Assembly (NCBI RefSeq): GCF_003918875.1
Contig: NW_025766981.1
Span: 620,001 to 684,000 of the forward strand
Origin: Haliotis rubra
Lineage: Eukaryota
Direction of reading: 5' to 3'
Length of the DNA stretch: 64,000 nt
Numbering within the stretch: position 1 is the first letter of the stretch; the number at the start of each line of letters is the position of its first letter. The notes under the pieces were generated by a model, which had not been told where the DNA came from, made no database searches, and worked only from the letters and a program-made list of their open reading frames with translations. A program made the translations under genes and the position numbers. Shown piece after piece: positions 58,801 through 64,000 of this stretch.

Positions 58801-61039
58801 CGTGAGGGCATCTGCAAAGGAACCAGCCGTTACACTTGAGTGCACACCCACCCGCTCTGACTGGGTTTGGTATCCCGGCTGCTTCGTTTCTTGGGAAGTA
58901 AACCCAAGTACACAATATTGCACTTTTGATTTGCGATTGTACGCTTATAATTTTGTTTATATGTTTTTTCATAACCAGCAATGTATATTATATGTCATGA
59001 ATAAGTGATAATTGTGTTTTAATTATGTTTGATTTTTTGGTTGCATGTGACCTTTAAGAACTGACTTTCACCATATTCACTTTCTTAGTAGTAAAGTTTC
59101 TATGAATTCATGGAGTATGAACCTTCATAGAGAGATGATGGAAGTTTATGAACATCCAGGCTTTCTTGATCATCTTCGATAATCTCCAGGGTATACGTTA
59201 CGATCACTCTCCACTATACCCTGGATGCATCCACGGCTTGGCTCGATAATTATATTACCTCCTTTTGCTGGCTTCGCATTCTCACAGTAGTATCAAGGAT
59301 GGCTTTTGATGTACCTGTGAAGATCCTGTTTAGAGTTAGTCTTCAGCAACCCATGCTTGTTAAAGGGGCAACTAACGGGATCGAGTGGTCAGGCTTGCTG
59401 ACTTGTTCCAGCCACATGTCTGTAAATAATTGATTCTGGACCAGACAATCCAGTGATCAACAACATGAGCATCATTCTACGCAATTGGGATATCTACAGA
59501 TCATTAGACTATAACTTTATTATCACATTCAGGTGTCCATTTACCATTACCATGGTCTGAAAGCCACAACGTGTCCAATTGACCGTCATTATGCACTTCT
59601 ATAACAACAATCCTGCAGGCTGAAATAGAAATGTATGATAAATACAACTGGAAAAGGAATGAGAGTGCACATAAATACGTTTTCTTTATTACAAATGTTT
59701 TGTAAACTCATTTGTTTAACAAATGTATACCGAATAGTGGAAAGGAGAAAAAATGTAAACAACTAGACAAATATTAAATTAGTTGCTGCATAAGAAGCTG
59801 ATCATATTTTCCAAATCACACATTACAATAGTGAAATCATGTGTTTCTGAAACGCTATGAAATAGTGACGATAACATGTAGTGAGTGAGTGAAGGTTACG
59901 CCACTTTAGCAATATTCCAGCAAAATCACGGCGGGGACACCAGAAATGGTCTTCACACATTGTATTCATGTGGGGATTCGAACCCGGGTCTTCGGCGTGA
60001 CGAGCGAACGCTTTAACCACAAGGCTACCCCACAACCCCGACGCTAACATGTAAACGATAAGGTGAGCTTATCTTCCTCTAATAGTGAACATTGATTTCA
60101 GGATCACTTTTTGCGGGTATCGGACTTGTGAACATCATCTCATTAGTCACTGGGACTACAGTTTTCAACGAGATGTATAATGCCACTGTGAAGATGCTCC
60201 GTGGGTTTGCCTTCTTCGCCTGTGCGGGATGCCAGCTGTTGTCTGCAGTTACCATGGTGTGAGTACAGGTCTTGTACATGTCTTGTTGAACATTCAGGAC
60301 GTCCATAGATAACCCGACCAGTTGATAGTCTCCCTATCTATTTAAGTATCTTGTATGTTTACATTTTACAGATAGGATTTCACTGATAGGATGTCACATA
60401 TTGCAGCTACGTTTGTCGCATACATATTTTGTTCAGCGAAATCTCTAGTTGTTTTGATTAGTTTCTTGTTGCTTCGATAATTCCTCCCTCGTTATTTCGA
60501 GTATTTCTCATTGCTTCGATTATTTATTCGATATTTTAGGTTTCTTTCAACAACCTGAAGATTCGAGTATTTTCTGTCTGTTTCAGATATTTTCTCGGTA
60601 TTTTAATTATTTTCTTCAAATTTTGAGTATTTACTCGTTATGTTTCATTTCCTCATTTCATTCATTTATATCGAGTATTTTCCTACTTTACTTGAAATGA
60701 CAAGGAAGTATAGAAACCAGAAATAGATAGAAGTAACGAGAAACTTCAGAATTCCGTTAAAACTTCAACAGAGGCAACATTAGAGTATTTCCAAGTATAT
60801 TTGGTTCTAAACGCCGACAGAAAAATGGTAAGGACCACCTTCATCTCACATACAGTGTTAGTGTATGTACCCACTGAGATGCTTGCAAGAGGTAAATGTT
60901 AGATGTCACATTGTGCAACTGACAAAAAACTAAGATATTAAACAAATACATATTCATGTGTTGCAGAGTGTTCTTGTATACCTCCCGCCGCAGGATTGTA
61001 ACTGATACCTCCACTGTTGGCATCAACGACAACGTCTGA
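55818..61039 (+). CDS. SLC46: SLC46-family transporter, copy 6, 475 aa
   Basis: Exons 55818-56931, 57024-57107, 60102-60258 and 60967-61039; 1428 nt in frame with GT-AG introns. Confidence 0.88.
57995..59053. mobile_element. Kolobok-like non-autonomous DNA transposon
   Basis: TTAA-AGGTCACATGCAAC ... GTTGCATGTGACCT-TTAA: a perfect 14-bp TIR with TTAA TSD. Confidence 0.88.
59880..60040 (-). mobile_element. SINE family A
   Basis: Consensus match; flanking TAACATGTA repeat. Confidence 0.8.
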
Positions 61040-63121
61040 ACGCCAGTACCCATCATCACCCAACACAAGTCTGTCACCGACACGACTATGTGGTGTCCGT
61101 TGTTGATGTCAAGGAACGAGGATGATACTGAGTTATTACTCTTGAAATGAACATAACTGCCAGGAACGTTTTATATAGTATTCTTCTCTTTTCGCCCTTG
61201 CTCCCTCCAATTTAGTAATGCTCAAGCTGGTTGATTCAGTGATTTGTATTACGTCTACAAATAAATACCCAGTTAGATTGTTCTCTTGGTGAACGCAAGA
61301 TGACCATTAATATATGTCTTATGCATGTCTTATGTCTTATGTCTTATGTCTTATACATTAAGGCACAATTACACATCTATACATGCATTTTGTTTTGGAT
61401 GTTGTTGCTTGTTTGTTTTTATGCTTGTTTTTGTTTTGTTTGTTGTTTGTTTGTTTGTTTTCGGGGTGGTTGCTTTGTTTTGATTCGTTTTGGGGGGGTC
61501 GGGGTGGGTTGTTTTGTTTGGTTTGGGTTTTCGGGGGTGTTTGGGGTTGTTTTAGGGGTGTGTTTGTTTGGGGAGGGGAGTATATAACAGATGACTCCAT
61601 AAGTATGCTACTTACGGTTAAACATTGTTGATAATTGGAATATAAATAAAACGAAATATATAAGTCACTCGATCCAATTTTAAATGCACGTGCACAGGAT
61701 GCATATGGATGTAAGTGCAGCTCCAATTATTTGTCATCGCCTAAGTCAGCAGTTACAGTTTGTTCAGCTTGACCTGAGCTACTCTACATATGCATGACCC
61801 TGGAGGTAAAATGGCACAAACGGCAGGTCGAGTTAATTTCATTAAATAGGGGAGTAGAGAATGTTATTAATGTTGCGTTCGTATGCTCTCTAGTTACTAA
61901 CTTTACAACGTTCAGACGTCTGTCAGTTACTTTCACAATCCGATTCACTCTCGCTATCACCCTCTACACCCAGTTGCTGCTGCTCGCTGCCTAAAAGCCC
62001 GAATCGGAAAATTAAACCTTCTTGTAGCTTCTTTTCAGGAGAAAGTTAAGACATTGCTGACGATATCTCGACACTGAAATGTTTTATAGCGACATGTTGA
62101 CAATCAACTGACAAAGGTGCACCCCTTCACAATAATAGACCAAACCAGTTGTGACACGGTCACGCAGTGCATTAGTATTCAGTTGATCAGGTCAAGCTGG
62201 ATGAGTTGTACATGCTGCGTCTATTTACGGCTCGGACGGAAAGGAGCATGTGTAAGTTGCCTATGGGAACCAGACAATCGTCAAGTTGTTGTTGTCATGA
62301 TATCCACATATCATATAACTTACCAATGACACATTATCAGCCGGTTCACTTTTCCAGGACGATTGTGTCACCATGGTACACGAATACCATGATATAGTGT
62401 CAACCTTCTTATTGAAGAAACGTTCCTGTCCTAACTAGCACAAGCAATAAACAGTCACTGAGTGGTCTGTTCTTATTTACACACCAAGATATCAGTTTCA
62501 TTGCATGCTACATTGTATTTCTGTCACAGCGGCAGTAACAACCTTCGCCTCAAGCGTTTTAACATATCACATTTCCTGACCATCTTCAAATTATGAAAGT
62601 ATGCATTACAAATCATAAGATATATGTTTTGTGTCTGCATAGTGATTCTATGTATATCATACAATGGGCATAATGAATACGTGCGATAGAATTTAAACAG
62701 TTCAAGTCTATAATCATAGTAGCACCAGTTTTGATACCTGCAATCGAGTACAGATGTCCCCAAACATATTTGGGTTATCATAGTCTGGATTCACGTGACA
62801 AATGTTATCACAAGTGTTTAGTCGGCCAGTGTGGCAATTTACTCCTGGGACGGATGGGCTACCCTTTGATGGTTAAGCAGAAGACACGGGTTCGATTCCC
62901 CACATGGGTACAATGTGTGAAACCCATTTTCGTTGTACCCCCACCTTGATATTGCTGGAATATTGCTAAAACCGGCGTCAAACTAAAGTAACACAGTCAC
63001 TAATTTAAATGAAGGTATCGAGACGTCAAGGCTGATTATATCACGGAGAACATCAACAAAGTTGATTATGAAACACTACCTATCATTGTCATTATGTACC
63101 AACAATACTCAATAAAAGTAG

Positions 63122-63390
63122 CATGGTCCCTAGTATGGTGATCTACCTTCAGTTGTTGGCGATCTTTAGCCCATTTTACATTGTATTGTCCAAACATGCT
63201 TTTCTACTTTTAAAGATATATGCTAGCTAGTTTTAACTCAATCTGTGATACTCTAGTAATTTTACTGTCCTTCGTTGACAGGGTTTTATATATTATATGT
63301 ATGTATTATGAATTTAGAACTAGTTTTAGTCACGATATGGCTGAAAAATTGCCAATGTGACTTTAAATTTTAACTCACTCACTCACTCAC
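63122..63390 (+). mobile_element. 5'-truncated LINE 3' end with TSD
   Basis: TSD CTCAATAAAAGTAG. The empty site is at about 52644. Confidence 0.75.
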
Positions 63391-63469
63391 TCAATAAAAG
63401 TAGTAAAATAGGTTTTGGTTTCTTATTTGTAAATTATCCTGGAGTCTCAGAGAATATTTCATATATTCT

Positions 63470-63608
63470 TTCGGTGAGCATATCGGCTACTTCCAGTATG
63501 CTTGTGCTCCATTCAACACAGGCACTGGTGATTCCATCCACACAGTTGCAAGCAGGAGCCAATGTCCTACACGCCCTGAACAACACTGACCTCGTGCTTT
63601 TCTCGTGG
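63470..63608 (+). pseudogene. Second relic fragment of SLC46 exon 1
   Basis: EHIGYF/SMLVLHSTQALVIP..LQAGANVLHALNNTDLVLFS, ending where exon 1 ends in intact copies. Confidence 0.6.
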
Positions 63609-63611
63609 AAG

Positions 63612-63860
63612 ACCCGTGATGATCCGGGGTAGAATAGGTCTTCAGCAACCCATGCTTGCCACAAAAGGCGACTATGCTTGTCGTAAGAGGCGACTAATGG
63701 GATCGGGTGGTCAGGTTCGCTGACTTGGTTGACACATGTCATCGGTTCCCAATTGCGCAGATCGATGCTCATGCTGTTGATCACTGAATTGTCTGATCCA
63801 GACGCGATTATTTACAGACCACCGCCATATAGCTGGAATATTGCTGACTATGGCGTAAAA
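63612..63860 (+). mobile_element. SINE family B
   Basis: Consensus match with an internal duplication CATGCTTGCCACAAAAGGCGACTATGCTTGTCGTAAGAGGCGAC. Confidence 0.85.
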
Positions 63861-64000
63861 AGTGTTGATAACATGATTTTACACAATTGCACAAGTAAAA
63901 AGTCGACTTCACCTGAAAATGTTGATTTTGATGAGATTTCTTACAAGGATTAAAAAGGCAACCAAAAACATCTTCCAGTTGAAATTGTGCAGCAAAGAGC

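Larger units (their letters stand above)
61580..64000 (+). repeat. Segmental duplicate of about 51301-53830
   Basis: Long colinear matches, e.g. 51730-52000 versus 62380-62660, 52180-52700 versus 62650-63450, and 53600-53830 versus 63770-64000. Confidence 0.85.

Noticed and set aside
61037-61150. Programmed readthrough or selenocysteine at the copy 6 TGA
   Set aside because: I see no SECIS or readthrough context, and copies 4 and 5 also end at a similar length. A simple stop gain is more likely.

Overview
Eukaryotic, AT-rich, intron-containing animal DNA. The SINE complement suggests a mollusc, probably a gastropod such as abalone (inference). The core of the window is a head-to-tail tandem array of six SLC46-family (PCFT/SLC46A1-A3-like) MFS transporter genes on the + strand. 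All six share one 4-coding-exon structure (about 1.1 kb / 84 / 157 / 73-145 bp). Four copies look intact, one has a single homopolymer frameshift, and one is a clear pseudogene. Two further exon-1 relics are also present. The paralogs keep the transport scaffold and an N-terminal ExxxLL sorting motif but differ strongly at predicted substrate-cavity positions, especially in TM7. The first 6.8 kb look like a decayed P-superfamily (THAP9-like) element in which the transposase lacks the usual C-terminal YxxGY/RGGL domain and a separate convergent, spliced gene carries it. A LINE and a Harbinger MITE are nested inside this element. The rest is dense with mobile DNA: Tc1, pogo, Kolobok and Academ-like MITEs, L2 and RTE-X-like LINE pieces, three tRNA-related SINE families, a chimeric 5S/tRNA SINE, Penelope-like termini with hammerhead-like cores, and a 1.8 kb 34-bp minisatellite. 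All coordinates were read by eye and family assignments come from recalled motifs, not database searches.
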